The notes below the pieces were generated by a model that was not told the DNA's origin, did not search any database, and saw nothing but the letters and a program-made list of their open reading frames with translations. From the NCBI RefSeq assembly GCF_009914755.1, contig NC_060925.1: a DNA stretch of 64,000 nucleotides; one strand, written 5' to 3'. Each line of letters starts with the position of its first letter. Position 1 is the stretch's first letter. This DNA comes from the human T2T-CHM13v2.0 reference genome, Homo sapiens. This document shows positions 1 to 13,884 of the stretch, piece by piece. The translations under genes were made by a program, and so were the position numbers.

Positions 1-122
1 TGCTTTTGAGGAATTTTCAATGATGTGGGAAAAAGCTGATGATAGAATGGTAAGGGAAGAGAAATGAGTATACAGTATGGTCCCAATTACATAATATTTC
101 AGTACTGCAGAGAGAAAGATCA

Positions 123-161
123 GATGATGATGATGACGATGATAATGATGATGATGGTGAT
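123..161 (+). repeat. (GAT)n microsatellite, imperfect
   Basis: gatgatgatgatgacgatgataatgatgatgatggtgat. Confidence 0.9.
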
Positions 162-169
162 CATCAGAG

Positions 170-375
170 CTGCTATTTATTGAGCACTTGCTGTGTGCCT
201 GCCTGTACTTCCGTTAGCTCATTTCACCTCATCACGCCCCTGCGCGATGGCAGTGGCAATAACTCCACTTTACAGATGAGGAGAATGAGGCACAGAGAGG
301 AGGTTGGTGACCTGCCAGGGAGCACACAGCTGAGACAGGACTTGAGCCCAGGTCTGTGTACCTCTGAAACTCACT
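170..375 (+). mobile_element. MIR SINE
   Basis: MIR core ccactttacagatgaggagaatgaggcacagagagg and tatttattgagcactt end. Confidence 0.8.
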
Positions 376-2048
376 CTGTCCTGTCTACCACTCTCCGCGT
401 CTGCCAGGCCGCAGGCAGGGTGTGAGGCCGGCTGTGAAAGGCGCCCTGAGAACTCCTTGGAGGACGTGCTCATTGCAGGTTGCTCCTCGTTTCTGAGATT
501 GATGTCACTACCAGCCCCGTCTTATGGACAATGACTCAGGGACCTGGTGATGGTGATGGGGCTGGACCAGGTTCATGGGCTGTACCTCCCATGTTCCTTT
601 CTCTATTGTGAGTGGCTGGATGGGGCTAGAGAGGGGCAGGCACAGCCATGGACCACCACAGCATCGTACCCAGGAGGAGGATGTGGTCACTGGGCCTTCA
701 CAGCACTGCTCTGGGCATGGGCGACTGAAGTAGAGAGCTCACCCTGGCACCCCATCTGCTCAGGCTGACCCAGCCCCTCCTGGGGCGGCCCCACTGACTC
801 TCCTTGGCTGGTTCTGTCCCTGCAGAGTCTTTGAGTTTATCCAAGTGTCTCTCCTATGAGTGTACCCAGCAGGTGAAGGCCGGGCAGGAGGAGGGGAGGC
901 AGCCAGCCAGTGGCTGCCTTGTAACCCACTATAGGCTCATTAGAGCTGCTTTTGAATCCATCACCTTCAGAGAAAGGCAAACTCCAGGGCAGGAGTACCC
1001 AGGAACCATCTATCACTCAAGGGCTCCTCACATGGGGAAGCTGCAGTTCTGTCCCTGATTTGCTGATGAATCATTGAAATTTTCCTCAACACTGATTTCT
1101 GCCAAACACCCCACCAGCACCCCTACCCCGAACTCATAGTACCTGCATCTCCTGTGCCAAATCTAGGCCTTGCAGAGAACCAGCAGCGGGGCTGGCAGGC
1201 TCTCTATCCAGGCCAATGTGCCCATTCACACACTGAAAAGGAATCACATAAGGCCACCTGGATCTCATCCTCCCCACCCTGAATGTGTGAATATCTCATC
1301 GGCTGCTTGTGTTGAGAGATCAAGATAGTCTCTGAAATGTGGTACAGCAGCCCGAGCAGAGGAGTGAGGCTTCCTGGAAGGAGGAGGGGGGATTAGTACA
1401 CGATTCTCCGCACCTGCCCACTCACTGCTGCCCCTTGTTGCCCACACCTCCCTCCTGGAGGGGCTTGGAACCGAATGCTTTAATATGGCCATGCCGGTGC
1501 TTTGGCTACTGGAGACTGCTGCCCGGGCCTCTTTCCCAGCACAATCTCGGTTGCAGCCAGACCCCTTCTGGTGGCTGTTAGCTGGTACCGTGTGCATTCA
1601 CAGACGCTGGAAACCGGGGGGAAGTCAATGAACGCTGTGTGTGTGCATTTTTCCTTTACAAAGCATATTTTCTCCCCATTCTTTGCAGCCCTGAAAGTCT
1701 CAGGAAATGAGAAAGTTGAGTCACAAAGAAGTAAGCTGTTAACCAGCTAGTTAAGAAACATGAGCTGAGCTCAAGGTTGATTGATACCAAATCACTCCCT
1801 TCCCCTGAGAGAGAGGAGCCTAAAATCTCTGGGCAGAGCAGACAGAAAGGGGTGCATACGTGGGGCCTGGTAAAAGGTTTTAAGAACAAATATATCCCCT
1901 CAGCCAGTGCCTGTGTTCCCTCAACCTAACGGCTCGCAAATGGCTGCAGGGGTGGAGTGAACACCCTTTGCCTTAAGACGGTTCATCCCACCAGGGACCA
2001 TTTCAATTCTGTGAAAATCCCATCTCACAATGAGCTGAAGTCCATTAG

Positions 2049-2250
2049 TTCATTCATTCATTCATTCATTCATTCATTCGTCTGAGCACCTACTATGTGC
2101 CAGGCACTGTTCTAGGTCCCAGGCACACAGCAGGAGGTGCAATAGACATGTCTTTGTGGAGTCAACATTTTACTGAGGAGAAACATGATAAACAAATAGC
2201 TACATAGCCAGTCGGGCAGTGAAAATGGCAGAGGGGAACAAAATACAGGG
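2049..2250 (-). mobile_element. L2 3' end with (TTCA)n tail
   Basis: (ttca)n at 2049-2079 followed by ctgagcacctactatgtgccaggcactgttctagg. Confidence 0.85.
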
Positions 2251-3089
2251 TAAAGGGAATGGGGGTGCTGGGTGGAGGGGCAGTTGATATTGGGTCATTC
2301 TGGCCACCACTGGGGAATGTCCACTCCATCACCTGGCCCATGACCACTCAGCTCACTTGTGCTAGGAAGTTTCCAGCCCCAGACTCTGAGGGTCTTGCTC
2401 ATCTCCTAGAGTCTCCCAGCATCCCACAGGGCCTCCTCGGCCAGCAGATGGGAATGGCTGGGACTTCCTAGGGCCACTGTGGCCACTACAAATGGCACAG
2501 AGTTTGCAAAGCCAGCCTGGTCTTTGCCTTCCCTTCCCTTGGCCACACTGTGCTGAGCATTTTAAAGTTAATTGGTTTTGCAATTAGAAGATGCAGAGAA
2601 CAGGTGATGCAATTAATTTTACATAAATGTGTTCAGGAATAAAGTGTTCCAACCTTCCGTGCATCCTTAAATGGAGCCTGTGTTTACTTCCAAATGGGGT
2701 GCCTTCTAGGCATATCAATCTGGGCAGCTCACACAGCTCAACAGGGAGAACTCCTCATCCTGCCTGCCTTTTGGGGGTGCTTTGTGAGGTTCACTGGGTC
2801 TTGCCAAACATTATGGTTTAGGAGTAAGTGTAATTTTTTCTGTCTGGTAGATGAAGACACAGAGGGTCAGGGAGGTGCAATGGCTCACCCAAGGTACAAT
2901 GCAAAGCTGAGACAGAGGAGAGAATGGATGCACGAGAATCTCTGGCTTCCAGACTCATTGCTCTTCCTGCCTCACTGCATATTTAGAAGCCAAATATGCC
3001 AAAGTGCATGAGTTTAAAAGACAGAATTGAACCCCTTTTGCCAAATGAAACAGCCTGGTGTATTTTAGTGTCCACTCTGTGCCGGCTCC

Positions 3090-3270
3090 ACGCTTGGCCC
3101 TCGATTTACATCGCCGTGTCCAGCCCTCACGATAGCCTTCCAGTGGGGCATCATGTTCCAGTTTTACAGATGAAGAAACTGAGGGTCAGAGAAGAGCAGT
3201 GGCCTGCTGCAGCCCACACGGCAGGAGTTTAGAGCCTCAGTGTCCTTCGGCTTCTGGACAAGGCGTTCTT
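3090..3270 (+). mobile_element. MIR SINE
   Basis: ttttacagatgaagaaactgagggtcagaga core. Confidence 0.8.
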
Positions 3271-3419
3271 TCCACCCCGTGTGTGGTTAAGGAAAGAGCT
3301 TCTGAAAGCAATGAGAGACAGAGAGAGGGGGAACATAGGCCTTTTTCAAATACATGAAGCACATCTTTTAACACTCCTGCCCCATGTGTCTGAAAAGCAT
3401 TTTCAACACTGACTAGAAA

Positions 3420-3600
3420 CACTTTACATCTTTCTCATATTTGATCCCTGCAACAGCCCTCCAAGATAGAGGTCATCACTCCCGTTTTACAGAGGAGGAA
3501 ACTGAGACACAGGGAAATGCCGTAAACACACTCAGAATCATACAGCAAGCAAGTGAAGGAGGCAGAATTCAGACCCAGGTTCCGCTGACTCTAAAGCCCC
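3420..3600 (+). mobile_element. MIR SINE
   Basis: cccgttttacagaggaggaaactgagacacag...aattcagacccagg. Confidence 0.8.
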
Positions 3601-3734
3601 TTTAGCACGGGGCAGCGCCTGCTCTGTGGTCCCCCTGGTGGATGGCGGGTTCCCAACACCACTGACAACACCATGTCCTCAGGGAGAGGCGTGAGGTGGG
3701 GCTGACCAGCCGGTCTGTTGTGTCTGCTGGTTGC

Positions 3735-3885
3735 AGGCTTAGATCCTGCCTCTGCTGCTTTCCAGCCATGGGCGTGGAACAAGTTACTCACCTCTCTGGG
3801 CCTCAGATTTCTCAGCTGTAAAATGGGCTTATAATAGGATCTTGTAAATACAGGATGCTTTGGAGGATTCAGTGAGGAGGCAAAG
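3735..3885 (-). mobile_element. MIR SINE
   Basis: aagttactcacctctctgggcctcagatttctcagctgtaaaatggg. Confidence 0.8.
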
Positions 3886-4929
3886 TTCTATATTGGCCCT
3901 TTCTGGTTTTCTTTGTGGCACACACCTCATTCTATCAGTTTCACTGTTTGTTTATTGAAGGGTTTTTGCCTCCATCTACTTCACCCAAGCAACAGCCCCA
4001 TGAAGGTATGGGCCACATCTGTCTCAATCCCAGCTGTCTTTTCAAGTCACAGCATGGGGCCAGACACATAGTAGGTATGAAAAGTTGCAAGTGGATGCAT
4101 TCATAAACTGGCACACAGTAGACGAGGTGCTTAGTTAGTGGACATTTATTAGTGTTCTCTGAATCCTCTAGAGGCCCACATACACATGTCCCTCGGTGAC
4201 CCTCTCCTCGCCTCTCCAAAGCCTCTCCTGACTCCATGCTCCCCCACCCCTTAGCCCTCCCACCTCTGCCTCCCGTGGTGTTTCTCTGCAGCATGACCCT
4301 GAGGTTACTGGCCAAAATGAAGCCTCCCAGAATGTCCACATTTAGATGAGCACTGTCCTTCAAAAGCATCCCCAGGATGCTGGCATTGCCCCAGCCTCTG
4401 GCAGGTACTCTCTGAGCTTGTTCACGTGTCACAGAAGTAAATCCTGAACAATCCCGAGCCCCTTTGTCAGGCTGTCCTCTACTCTCTTGGTGCCCCCTGT
4501 AGCCCAGGGCCACACAAGGGGTCCTTGACCTTGCCTGGCCTTGAGTTTGGGTCTGTGTGACTTGGCAATCTTCCCATCCACTTGGCCAGACCCACCTCCT
4601 TATGATCTGGGGCCACACCTGGGGCCTCCATGTGCAGCCCAAACCTTACACCAACGGCCCCTGGAAGGCGCCCCCTTCTCTTCTCCAAAAGGAAACACCT
4701 CAGGACCCTTCCCTACCCTCCCCGACCTGGCTCCCAGTCAGGCTCCTCACACCCAGGCATCTCTCCCAATGTCAGGATCTCTCTGACCATGTAGGGCCCT
4801 GAACTGAATGTTGCAGGCTTTTAATCAGCACCCACTGTGTACTGGGCACCTGCCCTCAAATTGCCCAGCCCTGTGGGGAGCATCCTCTCCTTATTCCTGA
4901 CATGCCCCAAAATCTCGGGCTCTTAGCAG

Positions 4930-5050
4930 CCCATGGAGGTCGAACAAGGTCTTTCTCTTCCTCAAACACATCCCACACACTCCTGCCTCAGGGCCTTTGC
5001 ACTTGCTCTTCCCTCTGCCTGGAGGGCTTCGCCCCCACATGTTAGAATGA
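4930..5050 (+). mobile_element. L2 fragment
   Basis: cctgcctcagggcctttgcacttgctcttccctctgcctgga is a characteristic L2 3' region motif. Confidence 0.75.
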
Positions 5051-5939
5051 CTTGGATGCTGTTCGGGTGTTTGGGCAAGACTATGGTTGAGGTCCCTGAA
5101 ATCCTGAAATCCTGTGATTCTGACATTTGACTCTCAGTTTTATAATTTGAGATCTTATTAAAGTCAACATTCTAAGACTCAGTACTATAAGATTCTAGGT
5201 TTTGATGACTGTGAGGCTCTAAAATGCTGCCATTCTCAGAAGTGTCCTCTGTCACTGGAGAAACTCCCATCAGAATACGCCATCATCTTAGAGTGGGTTT
5301 TTTCCTCTTGCTCGGTCCCCCAGCCAAACCCACAATACACCATGTGAGTGTGGCACTTTGTGGCTTAGACACTGTCAATTCTTTCTGCATTTCTGCGGTC
5401 ACACACTCACCTTTTCTGCATTTCTGCCGTCACACACTCACCTTATCTGCATGCTCCAGTCTCTGGAATAAATATTAGATGATGATGAATCTTTGGAGAT
5501 TCTTTTATATGTAGAAGAGCTAAGTCTTCCAGGCAGGTTTTTGATACAGGGCACTAGTCCTGCACTCTCTACAAGGTGCGACTTGTGATTGGGCCACAGG
5601 GAGCCCAGAAGAGGGAATAGAGTTCCTCTTTCTTGCCCCAGGGACTGAGAAGAGCCCTTTGTCTGCAGAGGCTTTAGGCTGGGGTGGGGACAAGGTAGGA
5701 GGGTGACTATCTCCCAGCGGGTCTGAAAGGAAAGAACTAGCTCATGCTTTTTTGCTGTTGATATTACTACCCTCGTTTTAAGGAAGAGGAAACTGCAACC
5801 CACAGAGGTTTTGTGAATTGCCTGAAGCCACAGACATAGCTAGAAGGTAGCAGTCCAGTAACTTGCAACCCTCTCCTGGCTACAAAGATCCTGCAAAGCT
5901 TGCCGGAGTTAATAGAGCAGCAAGTGGGAAGCTGAAGCC

Positions 5940-6245
5940 CCATTCATTGATGTCGACTGCACCTTCATACAAACCTCCTCCTTTATGCCACCCGAGTGCA
6001 TCCTTCCCGTTTAATCAATCTGTAATGGTAATTAAATGTGGATTGATTATGAAAGGATGCATTTAGTCACAGGTAACGCACAATAACACAGGAGGTAAAT
6101 CAGGGTTCTTATCAATACAATAACCTTGCAAGCATCCCGTGCAGTTCATTGCACCCTCTGCACTTGGAGCCTTACATGATATTGCCCAGCTCTTACTGAT
6201 TAGTAAATCTTTACAAATTGATGGCCAGGTGAAATTAATTGGCCA
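5940..6245. promoter_or_regulatory. Candidate homeodomain-rich enhancer (CUT/ONECUT, PBX-HOX, TAATTA sites)
   Basis: Non-repeat AT-rich island with five ATCAAT/ATTGAT, GTAAATCA, TAATTA and AATTAATT; function is inferred. Confidence 0.5.
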
Positions 6246-6399
6246 CAGTGAGGGGTATGTTTGACCCAGGCCACGAGTTCCACGACCCAGTTGAGACAAG
6301 GCGGGAATGGGGGAATATTCTGTAAAGGCGGCACCAGCCACCTGGACCCGCTGTGGGGTCATTGTCCCTCAAATGGCTCTCACGGGGTCTCCATCCCAG

Positions 6400-7095
6400 C
6401 CAGGGTCTAGGCCATCATTCTCACTCACCTGCACTGTAGCCTCAACTTCAACTCTTGCTGGCTCTAATCCACCCTCTGCCCTGGCCATGTGATGATCATT
6501 CTAGAAGGCCAGCCTCACTGAAAACCTGCCATGGCTCCCTATTTTCTAAAAATGCCTTAGCCTCGCATTCAAGACCCTCAGGATGGGGGCAGGTTTCTCT
6601 CTCCATCCCATCCCCCTCCAGGGACCACCCTTGGTTCTGGCCACACTGAGCAATGGTCCCAGCTTCCTGAACTAAGTTCTCTCAAGCCTATGGACTTTTG
6701 TACATCCTTCTCTTTTGCCCTCCCATTGTTATCCCTCTGGCCACTTCACACTCACTATTAAAACTCAAGTGGGAGCTAAGCTATAGGGAGGCAAAGGCAT
6801 AAGAATGACACAATGGGCTTTGGGGACTCAGGGGGAAAGTTTGGAAAGGGGGTGAGGGATAAAAGACTACAAACTGGGTGCAGTATATACTGCTTGGGTG
6901 ATGGGTACACCAAAATCTCACAAATCACCACTAAAGAACTTACTCATGTAACTAAACACCAACGTGTTCCCTAATAACCTATGGAAATAAAAAAAATTAA
7001 AAAATAGGTAAAATAAAATACTTACTTAACAACAACAACAACAACAAAACAATTTGCTTTACCTCCTCCAGGAAGTCTTCCCAGATAGACCCAGA
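6400..7095 (+). mobile_element. L2 relic interrupted by an L1PB 3' end
   Basis: L2-like pyrimidine-rich sequence resumes with cctccaggaagtcttccc after the L1 tail. Confidence 0.55.
6768..7050 (+). mobile_element. L1PB-type 3' UTR fragment with A-rich/(AAC)n tail
   Basis: gtgggagctaagctat...gggtgagggataaaagactacaa...caccactaaagaacttactcatgtaac...ggaaataaaaaa. Confidence 0.9.
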
Positions 7096-7115
7096 CTGTT
7101 TGTTCTGATAGGGCC

Positions 7116-7615
7116 TGAATTAGTTACCTATTCCTACAATAAAACTGCCTAACAAAACCCAGAGAACCTCACTGGCTAACGTCAGAACACATTTATTGCT
7201 CACTCCTCTGGGGTCAGCTGTAGGTTGGCTAGGCAGCCCTGCTGCTCTTGGTTGGATTCACTTACATGTCTGGGGGGTTCCATCATTGCTGGCTGATGTT
7301 GGCTGACCTTGGCTGATGTAGTTGAATTTGGATGGGGTGACGGGAGAAACTTGGCTCTGCTCCGTGTGCCTCTCATCCTTCAGAAGGCTGTCCAGCCATG
7401 TTCTCACAGCAGTGGTAAGATGCAAGAGCCAGCCCAAGTGCGTCACAGCAGCGTCACGTCTGCCGACATCCCATTGCCCGAAGCAAGTCATATGGGGGAA
7501 CCATCTGTTTTCTGCCAAGGGACAGGACATGTTGCCCGCCCACAGCACTGCAAAGTTACACGGAAAAGGGTGGTTGCTCGAGAGGGGATGAGAAATTGGG
7601 GACCAGTGATGCACA
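7116..7615 (-). mobile_element. MLT1 (G/H-like) MaLR LTR
   Basis: tgaattagttacctatt start, ggggtcagctg and ccattgcccgaagcaagtcatatgg motifs. Confidence 0.75.
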
Positions 7616-7682
7616 TTTTCACAGAGCAAAACGCATTTGTCTTTCAAAGCTCTCAGGACTCCACGATGTAGTAACCTTTAAA

Positions 7683-8636
7683 AATTTTTAACAGCTTTAT
7701 TGTGTTACAACAATAAACCGTATATATTTAACATACTGATTTGATGAGTTTGACATATGTACCTACTCGTGAAATCACCATCACAGTCCAGGTAACAGAC
7801 ATACACATCACCCCCAGGTGAGTCCCCTGCCCCTCGGTCAGCCCCCCTCCCATCCTCCCATCACTCACCACCATGCCTGCCTCCTCTGCCCCAGACAAAA
7901 ATTCATCTGCTTTCCATGACTATCAGTTAGTTTTCATTTTCTAGAATTGTATCTGCTGGAATCATACACTATGTTCTCTTACTTGTCTGGCTTCTTCCAC
8001 TCCACATAATTACACTGAGATTCCTCTAGGTGATATGTATCAACATTTCCTTTCTTTTTATTACTGAAAAATGTTCATTGTATGGATGAATCATTTTGTT
8101 CCTCCATGCACCTGTTGATGAGTATTTGGATCATTTCCAGTTTGTGGCTATAAATAAAGCTGCTATGAACATTTGTGCACAAATGTGTGCATGGACATAT
8201 GTCTTCTCTCACAGGTAAACACTTTGGAGCAGAATGACCAGATCATATGGTGGCGTGTGTTCAACTTTCTAAGAAACTGCCAAGCTGTTTCCCAAGGTGG
8301 CTTTGCACTCCGCATTCCCGAAAAGAGCCCCAGCCACTCCTCATCCCTCCAGCCCCTGGTGCAGGCAGTTGCCCTTTTATCCTGGGCGGGTGAAGTGACA
8401 TCCCGCTGTGGTTTTCTTTGGTCCGTCCCGATAACTAACGACGTTGAGCATCTTTTCATGTGCTTACTTCTCACCCTAGCTCTTCATTGGTGATGCGTCT
8501 GCTCAGAGGATAATCTGTCATAATTAGGGTCTTCGTTTTATTATGGTTGAGTTTTGAGGGTTATCTATGTGCTCTGGGCATATCTTTACCAGATATGTAT
8601 TTGGCAAATATTTTCTCCGAGTCTGTGGCTTGCCCT
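7683..8636 (-). mobile_element. L1MB-type 3' end
   Basis: aacagctttattg...ttttctagaattgtat...aataaagctgctatgaacatt...gagcatcttttcatgtgctta. Confidence 0.85.
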
Positions 8637-8761
8637 GGGTGAGATTTTTTTTATTTTTAACACATTGATCAATCAATGATTGGCAAGAGCTTCACTGAGA
8701 AGGCCCGAGCTGACAGAATGAGTCAGGGTCCAAGCCATTCCCTCCACAAAAATAATCACAA

Positions 8762-8785
8762 AATAATAATAATAATAATAATAAT
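8762..8785 (+). repeat. (AAT)n microsatellite
   Basis: aataataataataataataataat. Confidence 0.9.
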
Positions 8786-8819
8786 AGCAAGCAGAGAGGC
8801 TTGTGAAGACTCATCAAAT

Positions 8820-9000
8820 CCGTCCTCCTGTCGCCGGTGGCCTGGACTCTATAGAGAAGTCATCCTAAAAATCGGGATCGCCGTGGGGAGGGGAGTGGCG
8901 GGGGGAGGTGGATTAGGTCCAGAAAAGCGCACACTCCGGGACCTCGCACAGCATCATTTTGCTGATGCAAGATCGCCCTCTTATGGCCACGGTTCCTCCA
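8820..9000. promoter_or_regulatory. CpG-rich patch with CTCF-like motif
   Basis: About 12 CpG in ~170 bp; reverse-strand TGGCCATAAGAGGGCGA at ~8973-8989. Confidence 0.45.
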
Positions 9001-9899
9001 GCCACTGAGCTCTGCCCCTCTCTGGGGCTCTGTGAGGCACTGGAAGACAGATAAATGGAAACATTTGTTTTGGCTCCCAAGTTTCTGATGAATACAAGTG
9101 TTTTCATTCGCTGGGCAAATATCTCAGTGGAGATGGATGAAAATAAAACTGCGACTGGGGGAGTTGATTCCCGCTTCCCTGGATGAGGCTGCTAAGGGAG
9201 GGGAGGTCAGAGGTGGGGCTGGAAGAGAAGCTTGTGTACATGCAGGGCAGAACCCCCATGTCCCCAGGGCCAAGGGCTTCCTGAGGGGCCCAGGCTTTCA
9301 TGTGCACATCACGGGCCCTCAGCCCGAAACCCCTGAGACGTGGGGTTCCTGGCTGAGAATGCCTAGGAGTGGCCAGTTCTTAGCACCTGCTGCTCCTAGG
9401 TCCGGCTCTCACCTGAATCCTCCAAACTCACTGTGTCTGGCCTCCTGCAACCACTGGCCTTTCTCTGCCCCATATTACCCAAGGCTAGGAAGCCTACCAG
9501 CCTCCTCCATTTCCTGCAGGACCACAAAGAGGAGGCTGCGACCCACCACTGACATTCCAGAAGCCTAGGTCAAAGGGCAGGGGACCGCAGCACCAAAAAA
9601 ACAAGACAGACAGATGTTCCTGCCTGGGGTTCCAGAGATCTCCCTGGCTGGCCTCTCCCTTCTGTGGCCCTGACCTGCTGCTCTGGTGTTGATCTACCCT
9701 CCTAGGCTCTCTCCACCATCCCCTTAAATGTCAGATCCCCCTCATACTCCCGGCTCTCGTGCCATCACGCCCCAACCCTGACTTCCTGTTGCTGAGTACA
9801 AGGCACTGAGTCCTGCCCTCTGCATGTTCCTAAAGGCCCAGGAAAAGAGTCACCTGGCTCAGTTCTTGGTGACACCATTGTAAGCAGCATGAAGAAGCC

Positions 9900-10122
9900 C
9901 TGCAATGCGGTGCTCAGGAGCCTGGCCCTGAAGCCCACGTGCAAATGTCCACTGCACCAACTATGACAACTTCTTTGATTGCTGTGTGCTTCAGTTTCCC
10001 CATGTATAAAGGGGAAATTATAGTTTATACTTCATAGAGTTTTCTAGAGGGTTGCATGATTTGAAACCTTTACTGGGTTTAGAATAGTACTTCACACATA
10101 GTAAATGCTCAGTTAGTGTTAA
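9900..10122 (-). mobile_element. MIR SINE
   Basis: cttcagtttccccatgtataaagggg...cacatagtaaatgctca. Confidence 0.75.
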
Positions 10123-10169
10123 TACACACTCCTACCTACTCGCCCCACAAACAGCTGGCTCTAAGTTGA

Positions 10170-10471
<302 letters not shown>

Positions 10472-10803
10472 CTGGCCTCCTTTTTCTTTAAGTGGATGAT
10501 GTGAGTGGGAAGGGGTGCAGAGGATGAATATTTGCTCTTCCAGCCTAGAAAGCTCCAGAGGTCCAGGGAGGAAGGAGTTGTAACTTCTGTGTATACGAAG
10601 GACTCCCTGCAACACCCTCTGAGGACTGACTGCTGGGGCTGGGCCATGATGAACTGGTGGAGGCATGAAGGAGAGGAGAGGAGGGAAGACAAGGGGCAGG
10701 CAGGCAGGGGGTCCCATAGCTGGGACTGTGTTCTTTAGAGGTTTGAATCTTTACAAATCCTGCAGAGCTCTGGAAATCGTCAGCAATGGAGCAGATAGAG
10801 GTA

Positions 10804-11355
10804 ATTCATTCACTCACTCATTCTTTCCTGTGTTTATTCAACAAACACTTCCTTGAGCATCTATTGTATGTCAGGCCCTGGCTTAACACTGAGAAGGCAG
10901 CAGGCGAACAAGACAGAAGCAATTTCTGACTTCAGGAAACTTACAGTCTAGGAGGAAGACAGACATCGAACAATGAAGAACAGATTTGACTATTTCATTA
11001 AGGGGTCTGTGTCCCATCATGTCAGGGGCAGGAGAGGAAGGAAGAAAGTGGCTTTTCAGTGGTGATACAAAAGGAGAGAGTGTTCTAGATAAAGTGTGGG
11101 GAGAGATGGGAAGAAGGAACATCAGGTCAAGGACCAGCATGTACAAAGGCCTAGAGGTGAGAAGAAGCATGATTCTTTCTCCGGAGGAACTGCGTGGAGA
11201 CGTGGGTGGCTGAAGGCTGGTGACCAATGGGGCAAGGGCTAGGATGAAGCCAGAGAGGTTGGCATGTTGAGGTCCCAGGGGGCCAGTCATATGACTGCTT
11301 TTCATCCAGAGAGTAGAGGGTGCTAACTGAAGGGCGGTGATGGAAGGCCAGATGA
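10804..11355 (-). mobile_element. L2
   Basis: attcattcactcactca...caacaaacacttccttgagcatcta...cagcatgtacaaaggcctagaggtgaga. Confidence 0.75.
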
Positions 11356-12031
11356 CCCTGGGTTGGGAGGGACTTGGGCCAATTCTTATGTGAAACAGTG
11401 GGGGTGACTCAACCTCCTTGATGATGTGATCACCAAACCTGTCACAAAACCCAAGCCTCAGAGACCCCTGGAACAGGAGTTCCAGAGACACCAGTGAGAT
11501 TCATGCCTCCCTAAAATTCCAGCCATGAGGTCCTGATCCCATGACCCGCAGCACAGATGCATGAGAAACATTCTTATGAAATTGATAACATGTGAATTAC
11601 TAAGAGCAACTTGGTAAACCCATGGATCTCTTGGGATATTGTTTCCCCTGCCCATTTGGTTTGTCTTCAGAGATTTGGATGAGCTGGGATGTGGGAGACG
11701 AGACTCCAAAATCACTGTGCCTCTGCAGAAAGATTTATTACCACATATGACAGAGGAACAGAGTAGGCACGTGCTTGCAGGCTCACACCTCCTAACACTG
11801 GGTGCAGACGCTCAGGAAAGCCCAGCCAATTCTGTGAATGTTCATTCACCGATCACACTGATTTTTAAAGGCCAGGAGAACACAAGTTCTGGGTGGTGGT
11901 AACTGGTGTTTTGAGAACAATGGCTGAATACGTTTGAGGAACACAACATGCAAAACACAGTGTCCTGAACACTTAGAGATGTTCTGCATTAAGAAAACTC
12001 TGCAGAGGTTGCAAAGAAAGTTCCAGAGCAG

Positions 12032-12320
12032 GGCCGGGCATGGTGGCTCATGCCTGTAATCCCAGCACTTTGGGAGGCCCAGGCAGATGGATCACGACGT
12101 CAGGAGTTCAAGACTAGCCTGGCCAAGATGGTGAAACCTCGACTCTACTAAAAATACAAAAATTAGCCGGGCATGGTGGTGTGCACCTGTAATCCCAGCT
12201 ACTAGGGAGGCTGAGGCAGAGAATTGCTTGAACCCAGGAGGCGGAGGTTGCAGTGAGCCGAGATCATACCATTGCACTCCAGCCTGGGTGACAGAGTGAA
12301 ACTCTGTCTCAAAAAAAAAG
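12032..12320 (+). mobile_element. AluSg-like, full length, 19-bp TSD
   Basis: ggccgggc start; TSD aaagaaagttccagagcag at 12013-12031 and 12321-12339. Confidence 0.95.
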
Positions 12321-12520
12321 AAAGAAAGTTCCAGAGCAGAAACTAAAATTGGCTCTCACAATCCTTTCATTAAAAAGGGAAAGTTGAACCAAAAGTAAAA
12401 ACAACACATTTCATGGTAAATGGCCTTTCCAACAAAGGACACATGGCTACTTGACACTGACAGCTACAGCTACAGTCACCTTATTCTTCTAATTTCATTG
12501 TGAGCCCATCACAATTTCTT

Positions 12521-12947
<427 letters not shown>

Positions 12948-13004
12948 TGAGGTCTTTATTAACAAAGCTTAATTTTCCTGCTCTCCACCAAGGTCCATAC
13001 CTCC

Positions 13005-13787
<783 letters not shown>

Positions 13788-13884
13788 ACTTCTATTTAAA
13801 TTTGCCCCTCCCTTGTCTGTCCCAGACTTGAAATTCTGGGCCCAGCCAGCACTCCAGGCCTAAAATCCGTGGGCTAAGGTAGAG

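Noticed and set aside
3941-4642. 233-aa ORF, the longest in the window
   Set aside because: No recognisable domain, W/G/C/R-rich composition, and its 3' part overlaps L2-like sequence; consistent with a chance ORF in GC-rich DNA
10883-11491. 202-aa ORF
   Set aside because: Lies mostly within an L2 relic and is L/S/P-rich with no domain
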